In this document: positions 10,740-21,659 of the stretch, piece after piece | Position numbering within the stretch: position 1 is the stretch's first letter | Layout: every line of letters starts with the position of its first letter | Assembly: GCA_964643995.1 (NCBI GenBank) | Contig: CAZXUJ010000003.1 | Coordinates: 65,927 to 129,926, forward strand | Length of the DNA stretch: 64,000 bases | Source of the DNA: an uncultured Candidatus Saccharibacteria bacterium | GTDB lineage: Bacteria > Patescibacteriota > WWE3 > UBA101185 > UBA10185 | Direction: 5' to 3' | Notes under the pieces: model-generated | Told to the model about the DNA's origin: nothing | Databases searched by the model: none | Seen by the model: the letters and a program-made list of their open reading frames with translations, nothing else | Program-made: the position numbers and the translations under genes

Positions 10740-10743
<4 letters not shown>
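9286..10743 (+). CDS. atpA: F1 ATPase alpha subunit (divergent)
   Basis: GRGQRELIIGDKQTGKT, PGRESYPGD, SRLLERA, SVTRVG (arginine finger). Confidence 0.95.
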
Positions 10744-12963
<2,220 letters not shown>

Positions 12964-12971
12964 GATAATTT

Positions 12972-13214
12972 ATGTCATTCAACCTAACAATTCTAAGCCG
13001 AGATGGCCAAATCTTTAAAGGTGTTTGTTCCACGGTTACATCTTTCAACTCTGTTGGTGAGTTCGATGTATTGGAACATCATGCCAATTTCATTACCATG
13101 ATCAATAAATATGTAGTAGTGGATAAGAGTACTGCCAGTGAAAAGAAATTTTCACTAGAAAGGGGAGTGCTCTCCTCTAAAGGAGATACTGTTGAGGTTT
13201 TTATTCAGGATTAG
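12972..13214 (+). CDS. atpC: Short F1 epsilon subunit (N-terminal beta-sandwich only)
   Basis: GEFDVLEHHANFIT matches the epsilon GxxGILxxHAP motif; 80 aa with no C-terminal helices. Confidence 0.8.
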   Translation: MSFNLTILSRDGQIFKGVCSTVTSFNSVGEFDVLEHHANFITMINKYVVVDKSTASEKKFSLERGVLSSKGDTVEVFIQD

Positions 13215-13864
13215 TTACTAATAGAGACTCTAACTGAGGCACCCATTGTGGTAGATATGAAGCAGGATTTTATGTATGTTTCAGGTCTTACTTTTTGAGG
13301 TCTATTACTTTTTATCGTATTTAAAATTTCATTGAAATTTTCTACTAGTTTACTATCTTCAAAGCTTTTTTTACCGAATATCACGTGTACTATTGGTGCA
13401 TTAGCTTCATTTCTGATTTCGATTTTTCCTTGTTTCAATGAGTGAACTGCTTTTTCTATGTCGTCGGTGACTGTGCCGGACTTTGGACTTGGCATTACTC
13501 CTGCTGGTCCCAAAATTTTAGCTACCTTAGCTAGTTTAGGCATATATTTAGGTTCAGCAACCAAAACGTCGAAATCAACTTTTGGTCTAATTTCACTCTT
13601 TTCAAGCCTTACTAAGTCATCCTCAGTTAACTCTAAGTCGGCATCCTTGATTTTCTTTGATGCAAAAACCGCGACTCTGACTTGTTTACCAGTTCCATTA
13701 GGTAATGTAGTGCTTACTCTGATACTTTGCTCTGGTTTCTTGTTATCTATTCCAAGATTGAAATGTGCCTCTAGTGTTGCATCAAACTTCGTCTTGCAAT
13801 TCTCTTTAGCAAGTTTTATTGCTTCTTCGATACTATATTGCTTATCTTTTTCTAGTGTATTCAT
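13211..13864 (-). CDS. rplA: 50S ribosomal protein L1
   Basis: [34 protein letters not shown]. Confidence 0.97.
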   Translation of the reverse strand: MNTLEKDKQYSIEEAIKLAKENCKTKFDATLEAHFNLGIDNKKPEQSIRVSTTLPNGTGKQVRVAVFASKKIKDADLELTEDDLVRLEKSEIRPKVDFDVLVAEPKYMPKLAKVAKILGPAGVMPSPKSGTVTDDIEKAVHSLKQGKIEIRNEANAPIVHVIFGKKSFEDSKLVENFNEILNTIKSNRPQKVRPETYIKSCFISTTMGASVRVSISN

Positions 13865-14301
13865 AGTTCTACCTCTACTCCCATAGATCTTGCAGTTCCT
13901 GCAATAACTTTAACGGCTTCGTTTATATCATTTGTGTTCAAATCGGGCATTTTAGCTTTAGCTATGTTTTCTAGTTGGTCTCTTGTTAGTTTACCGACTT
14001 TTTTCTTATTTGGTTCTCCTGAACCACTGGAAATTTTTAGAGCTTTTTTGATTAACCCAGCTGCCAAAGGAGTTTTGGTTATAAATTTGAAAGTTCTATC
14101 CTGATATACGGTAATAACCACTGGTATCACATCGCCGACCATACTTTGGGTTCTTGCATTGAATTCTTTGCAGAAGTCCATCAAAGGCACACCGTGTTGT
14201 CCTAATGCGGGGCCCACTGGAGGTGCGGGAGTAGCCTGCCCGGCAGGTACATTTAATTTTATATATGCTTTAACTTTTTTTTGTTTTTTCTTTTCTGCCA
14301 T
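13861..14301 (-). CDS. rplK: 50S ribosomal protein L11
   Basis: [34 protein letters not shown]. Confidence 0.98.
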   Translation of the reverse strand: MAEKKKQKKVKAYIKLNVPAGQATPAPPVGPALGQHGVPLMDFCKEFNARTQSMVGDVIPVVITVYQDRTFKFITKTPLAAGLIKKALKISSGSGEPNKKKVGKLTRDQLENIAKAKMPDLNTNDINEAVKVIAGTARSMGVEVEL

Positions 14302-14353
14302 AAAACCTTGTAAAATGCTTTACCTACGGGACATTATAGGTTTGGAAATTCTA

Positions 14354-14965
14354 TCACAAATTTTTAACTTGTGTAAAATCTAACTCAACAGGGGTCTCTC
14401 GTCCAAACACTGATACGAGAACTTTCAGCTTTCCTTGTTCCTCATTTACTTCTTCTACCTTACCTAAAAATTCTGCAAAAGGTCCCTCAGTGATCTTTAC
14501 TGAATCTCCAGTTGTGAACTTTGCCTCGAATTTAGGTTCATCCGATTTTAGGTATCTCACTAGTTCTTGTACTTCTTTCTCAGGTAATGGGGTAGGTGTT
14601 GATCCAGTACCAACAAATCCGGTAACTCCTCTAGTAGATCTAACCAAATGCCATGTTTCGTCACTCAAAATCATTTGAACTAAAACATAGCCGGGGAAAA
14701 GTCTTTCATCTACTTTTCTTTTTTTGCCCTCCGATACTACGATTTTCTGTTTTTGAGGGACTAAAATTTTAAAAAACTTATCAGCATATCCGATTGCATC
14801 TATACGTTGTTTCAAAACCGTGGCGACTTTATTCTCATGTCCTGAATAAGTGTGAACAACAAACCACTTTGCCATAGGGTTTGACTTGGTATTAATGATA
14901 ATAATACTTCCATCATTGATTCCGGTGTCTTTATTGGTTATGTCATTAAAATTATCTTCGCCCAT
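14354..14965 (-). CDS. nusG: Transcription termination/antitermination factor NusG
   Basis: WFVVHTYSGHENKV, FPGYVLV, KOW domain GPFAEF, FGRETPVEL. Confidence 0.97.
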   Translation of the reverse strand: MGEDNFNDITNKDTGINDGSIIIINTKSNPMAKWFVVHTYSGHENKVATVLKQRIDAIGYADKFFKILVPQKQKIVVSEGKKRKVDERLFPGYVLVQMILSDETWHLVRSTRGVTGFVGTGSTPTPLPEKEVQELVRYLKSDEPKFEAKFTTGDSVKITEGPFAEFLGKVEEVNEEQGKLKVLVSVFGRETPVELDFTQVKNL

Positions 14966-14983
14966 TGTCGTATTAAGAAAAAT

Positions 14984-15175
14984 TTATCCTAAATAAATAC
15001 TTAACAATTCTTTAAATATATAATCAATCCCTGCTACAAACAAGCCAACCAGTAAGCTAGCACTAATAACAAATCCAGTCAAGCGAATTGTTTCTTCTTT
15101 GCTTGGCCAGTCAACCTTTTTAAATTCTGCATATGATTCGCCAAAGAATTTTATCATGCCTAGGTATTTTACCAT
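14984..15175 (-). CDS. secE: Preprotein translocase subunit SecE
   Basis: EFKKVDWPSKEE plus one TM; upstream of nusG. Confidence 0.93.
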   Translation of the reverse strand: MVKYLGMIKFFGESYAEFKKVDWPSKEETIRLTGFVISASLLVGLFVAGIDYIFKELLSIYLG

Positions 15176-15231
15176 CTTTAATTGGAAAAGATAGCTGTAA
15201 TGCCGTTCTCTACAGGTGATATACTATCCCT

Positions 15232-15864
15232 ATGTTATTGAACACTTTATTTCAAAATCCGCTACTTTTTCTTTTCATTGCTGGATCTTTGGTTATTTGT
15301 ATCTCTATTCATGAGTTTGCGCACGCCTACGTTGCCGATAAACTAGGGGATAGCACCCCCAGATTGTTGGGACGAGTAACCCTAAACCCAAGAGCGCACC
15401 TTGATCCAATCGGAACTCTACTATTGATAGTGGCAGGCTTTGGATGGGGGAAACCAGTCCCATTCAACCCTTATAACTTGAAACACCCCAAGCGTGATAG
15501 TGCCCTAATTGCTTTGGCCGGACCGGTATCTAACTTCATTTTAGCTGTGATCTTATCTCTTATGCTAAAAGGGCTGGTCTTTTACGCACCTTCGCAATTG
15601 CTTATGTCTTTCTTGCAGCCATTTCTCTTTCTGACGATTTTATATAATTTAGTCCTTGGTATATTTAATCTGATACCTATACATCCCCTAGACGGATTTC
15701 GTATCGTTAATGGTCTTTTGCCTGATGATTTATCTTATCAATGGTTGCAGATGGCCCCATATGGGATTTATATATTACTCTTGTTAATAATAACCAATAC
15801 AACTGACAAATTAATCAATCCTGTGATTGGTTTTGCAGCAAATTTACTTGGTCTCTCGTTTTGA
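15232..15864 (+). CDS. Site-2 protease, peptidase M50 family
   Basis: HEFAH zinc motif, [16 protein letters not shown]. Confidence 0.92.
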   Translation: MLLNTLFQNPLLFLFIAGSLVICISIHEFAHAYVADKLGDSTPRLLGRVTLNPRAHLDPIGTLLLIVAGFGWGKPVPFNPYNLKHPKRDSALIALAGPVSNFILAVILSLMLKGLVFYAPSQLLMSFLQPFLFLTILYNLVLGIFNLIPIHPLDGFRIVNGLLPDDLSYQWLQMAPYGIYILLLLIITNTTDKLINPVIGFAANLLGLSF

Positions 15865-15930
15865 TACTTTTGCTACAATGAATACTCTTTCTGTGGCATT
15901 TATTCCTTTTAGAACAATATATAGCCTTGG

Positions 15931-15958
15931 TTGACAGAATGTTTGTAAGTAGTAACAT
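15931..15958 (+). promoter_or_regulatory. Sigma70-type promoter for the 6S-like RNA
   Basis: TTGACA-16 nt-TAACAT. Confidence 0.55.
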
Positions 15959-15996
15959 GTAGACAGGTTTGATAGGTTCTATAAAAAGAATCTATA

Positions 15997-16155
15997 GCGC
16001 CTGATATGTTCGCTGAAACCGATTGACATACTGCTTTTCTGACCAATAAGTTTGGAAAGGGATCACTGAAATTGGGAAACATTGTTTTTCAAAGAAGTGA
16101 ACCCACTTTATTCCAACGGAAACAGTATCGGTGGGAATGGCATATCGGGTGGGTA
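15997..16155 (+). ncRNA. ssrS: Probable 6S RNA
   Basis: Rod-like fold. The 5' arm CCTGATATGTTCGC pairs with the 3' arm GGCATATCGGG, resembling the E. coli 6S ends CUGAGAUGUUCGC and GGCAUCUCGG. Internal stems ACCGA/TCGGT, ATACTG/CAGTAT and TTGGAA/TTCCAA; a TGAACC motif; own promoter and terminator. Confidence 0.7.
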
Positions 16156-16182
16156 TCATTAATATTGGTTAAATATTTATCT

Positions 16183-16212
16183 AAATCCGCATTTTAATGC
16201 GGATTTTTCTTT
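16183..16212 (+). terminator. Intrinsic terminator after the 6S-like RNA
   Basis: AAATCCGCAT-ttta-ATGCGGATTT followed by a T-rich tail. Confidence 0.8.
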
Positions 16213-16234
16213 CTTAAGGTAAGATACTATATGT

Positions 16235-17050
16235 ATGGAACTGTTTCATGGTAACAAACATGCCTTTGAGTTAGATCGTCATATTGTGCATCACTTGTCA
16301 TTGATAGATCGTGATGCATTGGGTGTTCTAGCAATAATACAAATTGGTTCTAATCCTTCTTCCACTAAATACGTCAATTTAAAGCTAGCTTTGTGCTCAA
16401 AACTTGGTATTAAAGCCAATTCTTATCAGTTTTCAGACTCTATGCCTCACGAGGAGCTCTCCTCAGAAATAAGTAAAATTTGTTCTTCCCCAAATACCAG
16501 GAGTGTAATTATCCAATTACCTTTGCCCCAAGGTGTAGCTAAAGAAATTCTTGACCTTATACCTCTAGAAAAAGACGTCGACTCTCTGTCGGATAGTGCC
16601 CAGAAACGTTTTTACTCCGGTGAGTTCACTATGATCCCTCCCGTAGTTCGTGCCGTAAAGTATTTTCTCGAAGCCTGTAGAATGAATGTATCAGGACTTA
16701 CTGTAGATATTGTGGGAAAGGGTTTTCTAGTAGGTGCCCCCTTGGCATATTATCTTGAACACTGTGGCGCTACAGTTACGAGTTATGATGAGCATGACGA
16801 TGTTTCTGAAATAATTTTTAAATCTGATTTAGTAATATCTGCAACAGGTAGGTCAAAACTGCTGCAGGGTGGTAATTTTTACCATGGTACAAGTGTTATT
16901 GATTTTGGATCTTCTGTATTGGAAGGAAAGGTGGTGGGAGATATCAACTTGGATTCCGAAACTAGTCATTTAAAAATTCTTTCTCCATCTCCTGGTGGTT
17001 TAGGTCCATTGGTTGTTAGATTTCTTTTGATTAACCACCTTGGTTTTTAG
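16235..17050 (+). CDS. folD: Methylenetetrahydrofolate dehydrogenase/cyclohydrolase (divergent)
   Basis: YVNLK, IIQLPLP, KDVD, VGKGFLVGAPL, VIDFG, PGGLGP. Confidence 0.9.
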   Translation: MELFHGNKHAFELDRHIVHHLSLIDRDALGVLAIIQIGSNPSSTKYVNLKLALCSKLGIKANSYQFSDSMPHEELSSEISKICSSPNTRSVIIQLPLPQGVAKEILDLIPLEKDVDSLSDSAQKRFYSGEFTMIPPVVRAVKYFLEACRMNVSGLTVDIVGKGFLVGAPLAYYLEHCGATVTSYDEHDDVSEIIFKSDLVISATGRSKLLQGGNFYHGTSVIDFGSSVLEGKVVGDINLDSETSHLKILSPSPGGLGPLVVRFLLINHLGF

Positions 17051-17317
17051 AAATGTAATATTTATTGCTTTCCTATACTGTCATATAGTATCACTATAAA
17101 GTCCACCCATAGCTAACCTATAATTATGGCTTGTGTGATATACTCCTCGAAAACCGAAATTAATATTGCTTAATTTTTTCCTTGCACTGGTATAATATGC
17201 TTTGTTGCAGGTTTAAACTATTAAGTTTAATTAGTAATAGAAGGAAGACCTATATCATTCAAATTTATTGTTATTTTTGAAATTATCTTCCTTGAATCTG
17301 CCCCCCAATGGGTTAAT

Positions 17318-18550
17318 ATGGTCGAATCTTTGTTAAATGAAGTTTATAAGTATGTTGTTCTGTCTACTTTTGTAGTCAGTCAATTCTTTGGAACATTTAT
17401 GTCTGCAGATAAAACTACATCAACAGAGCTGTATGTCGAAAAATATCCTGAAGTGGTTTTGCAAAGTTTATGGTTGGAGTATAGAGATCGTTTTATACAA
17501 AAAGACGGACGTACTGTAGATCGTACCCGTAACTATATAACAACTTCAGAAGGGCAATCCTATTCGTTGTTGCGATCGGTATGGGTTGATGACAAGATAA
17601 CATTCGACCAAAGTCTGAAATGGACAATAAATAATTTACGTAAGAGAGGTGATGACAAACTTTTCGCTTGGAAATGGGGACAGGACAGTCATGGTAAATG
17701 GGATGTACTTGTTGATGAGGGAGGTATCAACACTGCTACCGATTCCGATCAAGATATAGCTTTGGCTCTGATATTTGCATCTAAGCGCTGGAACAATGAA
17801 GATTACCTCAAGCTCGCGCGCGTGATTCTAGACGATATGTGGCGTGTAGAGGTTGAGGAGATTAATGGGCGCCCTTATTTATTGGCAGGGAACTGGTCCA
17901 AGGACGCTCCAGAGCCAACCGTTAATCCATCTTATTACTCTTTTGCAGCATATCCTATATTTGCTGAGGTTGATCCAACTAAAGACTGGATGGGTTTAAA
18001 AGATACTTCATATGAGGTTTTGAACTCGGCAACTTCTGCATCTCTAGGTGTTGAAAACAATATTTTATTGCCTCCAGACTGGGTGGGCCTAGATCCTACG
18101 ACCGCTGAGGTTAAGCTTCCACTTAATGCCGATAAAGACACTAGTTTTTCGGACGATGCTATCAGAATACCTTGGCGAGTAGCTTTGGATTATATGTGGC
18201 ATAAGGACCCTAGGGCTTTGGAATATTTGCAAAAACTGGAATTCCTTTCTAAAGAGTGGGATTCTCGCGGGAAGCTTTTTAGTGGCTATAACCGTGATGG
18301 CTCCCCTAAAACTGATTACGAAAGTGTCAGTACCTATGGTGGTAGTTTAGGTTATTTTCTGCTGGTTGATCCAGAAAATGCTCATGAAATTTTTAATCAA
18401 AAACTTGTTTCAACCTACAACTCAGATACTGAAACACTTCATAACTTCGATGAATTAGCTTATTACGAACAGAATTGGTTATGGTTCGGTATTGCCTTGT
18501 ATCATCATGAATTACCAAATTTGTATTCCGAAATTAAAGGAGAAGAATAA
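17318..18550 (+). CDS. Glycoside hydrolase family 8 (BcsZ-like endoglucanase)
   Basis: TTSEGQSY, ATDSDQDIA, NPSY, DAIRIPWR. Confidence 0.9.
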   Translation: MVESLLNEVYKYVVLSTFVVSQFFGTFMSADKTTSTELYVEKYPEVVLQSLWLEYRDRFIQKDGRTVDRTRNYITTSEGQSYSLLRSVWVDDKITFDQSLKWTINNLRKRGDDKLFAWKWGQDSHGKWDVLVDEGGINTATDSDQDIALALIFASKRWNNEDYLKLARVILDDMWRVEVEEINGRPYLLAGNWSKDAPEPTVNPSYYSFAAYPIFAEVDPTKDWMGLKDTSYEVLNSATSASLGVENNILLPPDWVGLDPTTAEVKLPLNADKDTSFSDDAIRIPWRVALDYMWHKDPRALEYLQKLEFLSKEWDSRGKLFSGYNRDGSPKTDYESVSTYGGSLGYFLLVDPENAHEIFNQKLVSTYNSDTETLHNFDELAYYEQNWLWFGIALYHHELPNLYSEIKGEE

Positions 18551-18551
18551 T

Positions 18552-20183
18552 ATGTTCCATAAAACGTCTCATGAAATAATATCCCAACGTACTACCGTTT
18601 CTAGAGTGGTATTGGTTGCTTTCAGTTTAATATCTTTAGTCTATCTAGGCTGGTGGTTTGATTTTAGTAATTCGGGAAACATATTTTTGTACTCGATATT
18701 AGTTCTAGGAGAGATTTATCATGTCTGGCAGGCTTTAGGTTATATATATACTATTTGGGATCAGCAAGAGGTGAAATCGCCGGAATTAACTGAATTTCCA
18801 CGAGTTGATGTTTTTATAACTGTTGTAAATGAACCTATGAACATAATGCGTCGCACTATTGAGGCTGCTATAGCTATGGATTACCCCAATTTTAGAGTAT
18901 TAATATTAAACGATGGTTATGTTGGTGGTGCCAAACACTGGAAAGAAATCGCCGACTTAGCAAAAGAATACGACATTGACGTTATAACTCGTCGTGTGCC
19001 TGGTGGCTTCAAAGCAGGCAATGTCAATAATGGTTTGTCACTGACCGAAGCACCTCTTTTTGCATTATTTGATGCAGACCATGTTCCGCATAAAGATTTC
19101 TTAAAGAAGACTGTTGGTTTCTTTACTGATCCTAAAATGGCGATTATTCAAACTCCGCAATACTATGAAAATAAAGACGATAGCTTTTTAACCACTGCTG
19201 CTTGGGAACAGCAAGAGTTATTCTTTGGACCTATTTGTAGAGGTAAAAATCGTATGAACGCCACCTTTTGGTGTGGCACTAATGCTGTGATAAGACGTGA
19301 AGCACTGGCGCAGGTTGGGGGAGTACCGGAGAATAATATTGCCGAGGATTTTATAGCTTCAATGTTTATTCATGAAAAAGGTTGGAAGACATTGTTTTTA
19401 CCCGAAATATTAGCCCAGGGTTTAGCTCCGCATAACCTACAGGAATACGCGAAACAACAATTTCGTTGGGCACGTGGCTCCCTTGAAATTATCTTTAAGT
19501 ACAACCCGCTTTTCAGAAGAGGCCTCACTTTTGCCCAGAAAATGCAATACTTGTACTCCGCAGGATATTACTTGAACGGTTTAGTAGTTCTTCTAGATGC
19601 TTTAATTCCTGTTGTAGTTCTGATGACTGGATTGAAGCCTGTCAATGAAACATCAACTAATTTCATAGCATTTTTCTTTCCATTTATGTTCCTGACTATG
19701 TACATATTAATGGCGTCAACCGACCATACTGTTACATTTAGAGCATTGCAGTTATCCATTAGCTCGTTTTATGTGTTTATAAAGGCAATGTTTTCAACAA
19801 TTTTTGGTATAAAGGTTAAATTTGAGGTTACCTCTAAGGAGGCCCGCTCAGGCAACTTTATCAAACTTGCCATGCCTCACTTCACATATATTGCTATTTC
19901 AATTGTAGCTATAGTTGTTGGCATATTACGAGAAGGACTGATACCATCAGTTATAACCAATATCTCTTGGATAATATTCAATATAGTCTTTTTCTCTGGT
20001 TTTATTAAGGTCGCTTACCCATGGAAGGAAACCTTCCTTTTTAATGTTAGTCACCTCAAAAATGTTATTGTCTCAGAAATTGTTGCGAAGGCCAAGGTTC
20101 CCTTTATACGTGAGTCTGCATACGTTTTTGCAGAGGAGAAAATTGAGGTGAAAAATGACACCACTAGAGCTGAGCAGAAGTAA
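18552..20183 (+). CDS. GT2 cellulose synthase-like catalytic subunit (BcsA-like, no PilZ domain)
   Basis: KAGNVN, FDADH, QTPQ, FWCGTN, AED, QQFRW, multiple TMs; ATG at 18552. Confidence 0.9.
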   Translation: MFHKTSHEIISQRTTVSRVVLVAFSLISLVYLGWWFDFSNSGNIFLYSILVLGEIYHVWQALGYIYTIWDQQEVKSPELTEFPRVDVFITVVNEPMNIMRRTIEAAIAMDYPNFRVLILNDGYVGGAKHWKEIADLAKEYDIDVITRRVPGGFKAGNVNNGLSLTEAPLFALFDADHVPHKDFLKKTVGFFTDPKMAIIQTPQYYENKDDSFLTTAAWEQQELFFGPICRGKNRMNATFWCGTNAVIRREALAQVGGVPENNIAEDFIASMFIHEKGWKTLFLPEILAQGLAPHNLQEYAKQQFRWARGSLEIIFKYNPLFRRGLTFAQKMQYLYSAGYYLNGLVVLLDALIPVVVLMTGLKPVNETSTNFIAFFFPFMFLTMYILMASTDHTVTFRALQLSISSFYVFIKAMFSTIFGIKVKFEVTSKEARSGNFIKLAMPHFTYIAISIVAIVVGILREGLIPSVITNISWIIFNIVFFSGFIKVAYPWKETFLFNVSHLKNVIVSEIVAKAKVPFIRESAYVFAEEKIEVKNDTTRAEQK

Positions 20184-21654
20184 CAAAATTGCTAACAGAA
20201 TAATTGTTTTCGCCTTGATTGTTGTTGGATGTTTAGTCAGATTATGGAACTTGGATAAAGAAGGTCTTCGTTTGGATGAGTCCCAAAGTGTTTGGCAGGC
20301 AATGCACTCTATGGAGTTTATAGGCAAGTACATGGTAAAGAATGTACATTTACCTCTGCACAATACCTTGTTGCACTTTTGGATTCAGTTTTTCGGGTCA
20401 TCTGAGATAGCTGTTAGAATTCTTGCAGTTATACCTGGTGGTTTATCTTTAATAGCCTTTTATTACTTAGCCAAGGAATATTTTGAGGATTTCGCTAAAC
20501 TAAAATTTGCGCTATTTTTGGCCGTTGTATCACCATTTTGGGTTTGGTTTAGTAGAGAAATACGTATGTATTCCTTGCTTGCCTTGTTGTCCACTTTGTC
20601 ATATCTATTTTTTATCAGAATATTGAAATATGACAACAAACGAAATTATTTTTTTTACTTTCTAGTAAATTTAGTAGGTTTGTATACACATTATTATTTT
20701 TCGCTAGTTTTATTAGTTAAAGTTGTTTTCTTTTTCATGTCTATAAAAAGCACATATTTTGGGGTATCTAACAAGGCAAAAGTGTTGTTGAAGTTAGGTA
20801 TTGTAGCTACAACTTTAGTGGCCTTACTATCTCCATGGGTTTATTTTTTGTTAAGTTCCCATGGCTCAGGTAGTTTGGCTCCTGAGTTGGGTAATCCCAA
20901 TGCTTTTGATATGTTTGTTTCCTACTTTAATTTCATCTTTGGTTTCCAACAGGAAGTTGTTTCGTCTGTAATATTAGGTCTCTGGCCAATAGTTTTTTTG
21001 ATGGGTTTTGTATTTCTCACCAAGCGCCATAATCCCTTTAATCCTTTGGTAATGCTGTCGGTTTTAGGTACATTTTTGCCAGTAGCCTTAATACTGTTTA
21101 TAAGTATTTATTTCAAACCAATCTATTTAACGCGTTACTTAACCCCTGTGACACCGATGTTATATATTTTAATTGTTTGGGCCGTTTATGAGTTGAAGGG
21201 CCGTTTCCGTAATCTGGTTGTGTTAGTATTTGGCATTGGCATGGTTATTGCGCTTTACTTGCAGCTAAATGATAATCGTAGTCCCATACGTGAAGATTAT
21301 CGTACTGCGGTAGAGTTCATAAATACAGAGACAACATACCGTGACATTGTTCTTATAGCGCCTCCATACAACATATATCCTTTCTATTATTATTACGAAG
21401 GCAAGGCTACAGTCCAGACGTTGCCAAAGTGGGACAAAAGAGACGGAGCAATACCTAGCATATCAACTGAATTAATTGCTAATGATATTGAATCTGCTCG
21501 TGTTGGCCATCAGAAAATGTATTTGTTAATTTCTGAAAATTTGGCGCATACGGTAGAGTTCAAAGAATACATGAACAACAACTTCACAAAAATTTATAAA
21601 AAGGAATTTTCAAAGGATCTCTGGCTTCATGTATACCAGGCAGAGTATGAATAG
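20155..21654 (+). CDS. GT-C (PMT/ArnT-like, GT39/83) polytopic glycosyltransferase
   Basis: LRLDES, HLPLH, EIAVR, EIRMYSL, THYY; many TMs. Confidence 0.85.
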   Translation: MTPLELSRSNKIANRIIVFALIVVGCLVRLWNLDKEGLRLDESQSVWQAMHSMEFIGKYMVKNVHLPLHNTLLHFWIQFFGSSEIAVRILAVIPGGLSLIAFYYLAKEYFEDFAKLKFALFLAVVSPFWVWFSREIRMYSLLALLSTLSYLFFIRILKYDNKRNYFFYFLVNLVGLYTHYYFSLVLLVKVVFFFMSIKSTYFGVSNKAKVLLKLGIVATTLVALLSPWVYFLLSSHGSGSLAPELGNPNAFDMFVSYFNFIFGFQQEVVSSVILGLWPIVFLMGFVFLTKRHNPFNPLVMLSVLGTFLPVALILFISIYFKPIYLTRYLTPVTPMLYILIVWAVYELKGRFRNLVVLVFGIGMVIALYLQLNDNRSPIREDYRTAVEFINTETTYRDIVLIAPPYNIYPFYYYYEGKATVQTLPKWDKRDGAIPSISTELIANDIESARVGHQKMYLLISENLAHTVEFKEYMNNNFTKIYKKEFSKDLWLHVYQAEYE

Positions 21655-21659
21655 CTAAA

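Noticed and set aside
15997-16155. THF/ZTP riboswitch or SRP RNA upstream of folD
   Set aside because: A single long rod with 6S-like ends fits better; the SRP helix-8 motif is absent
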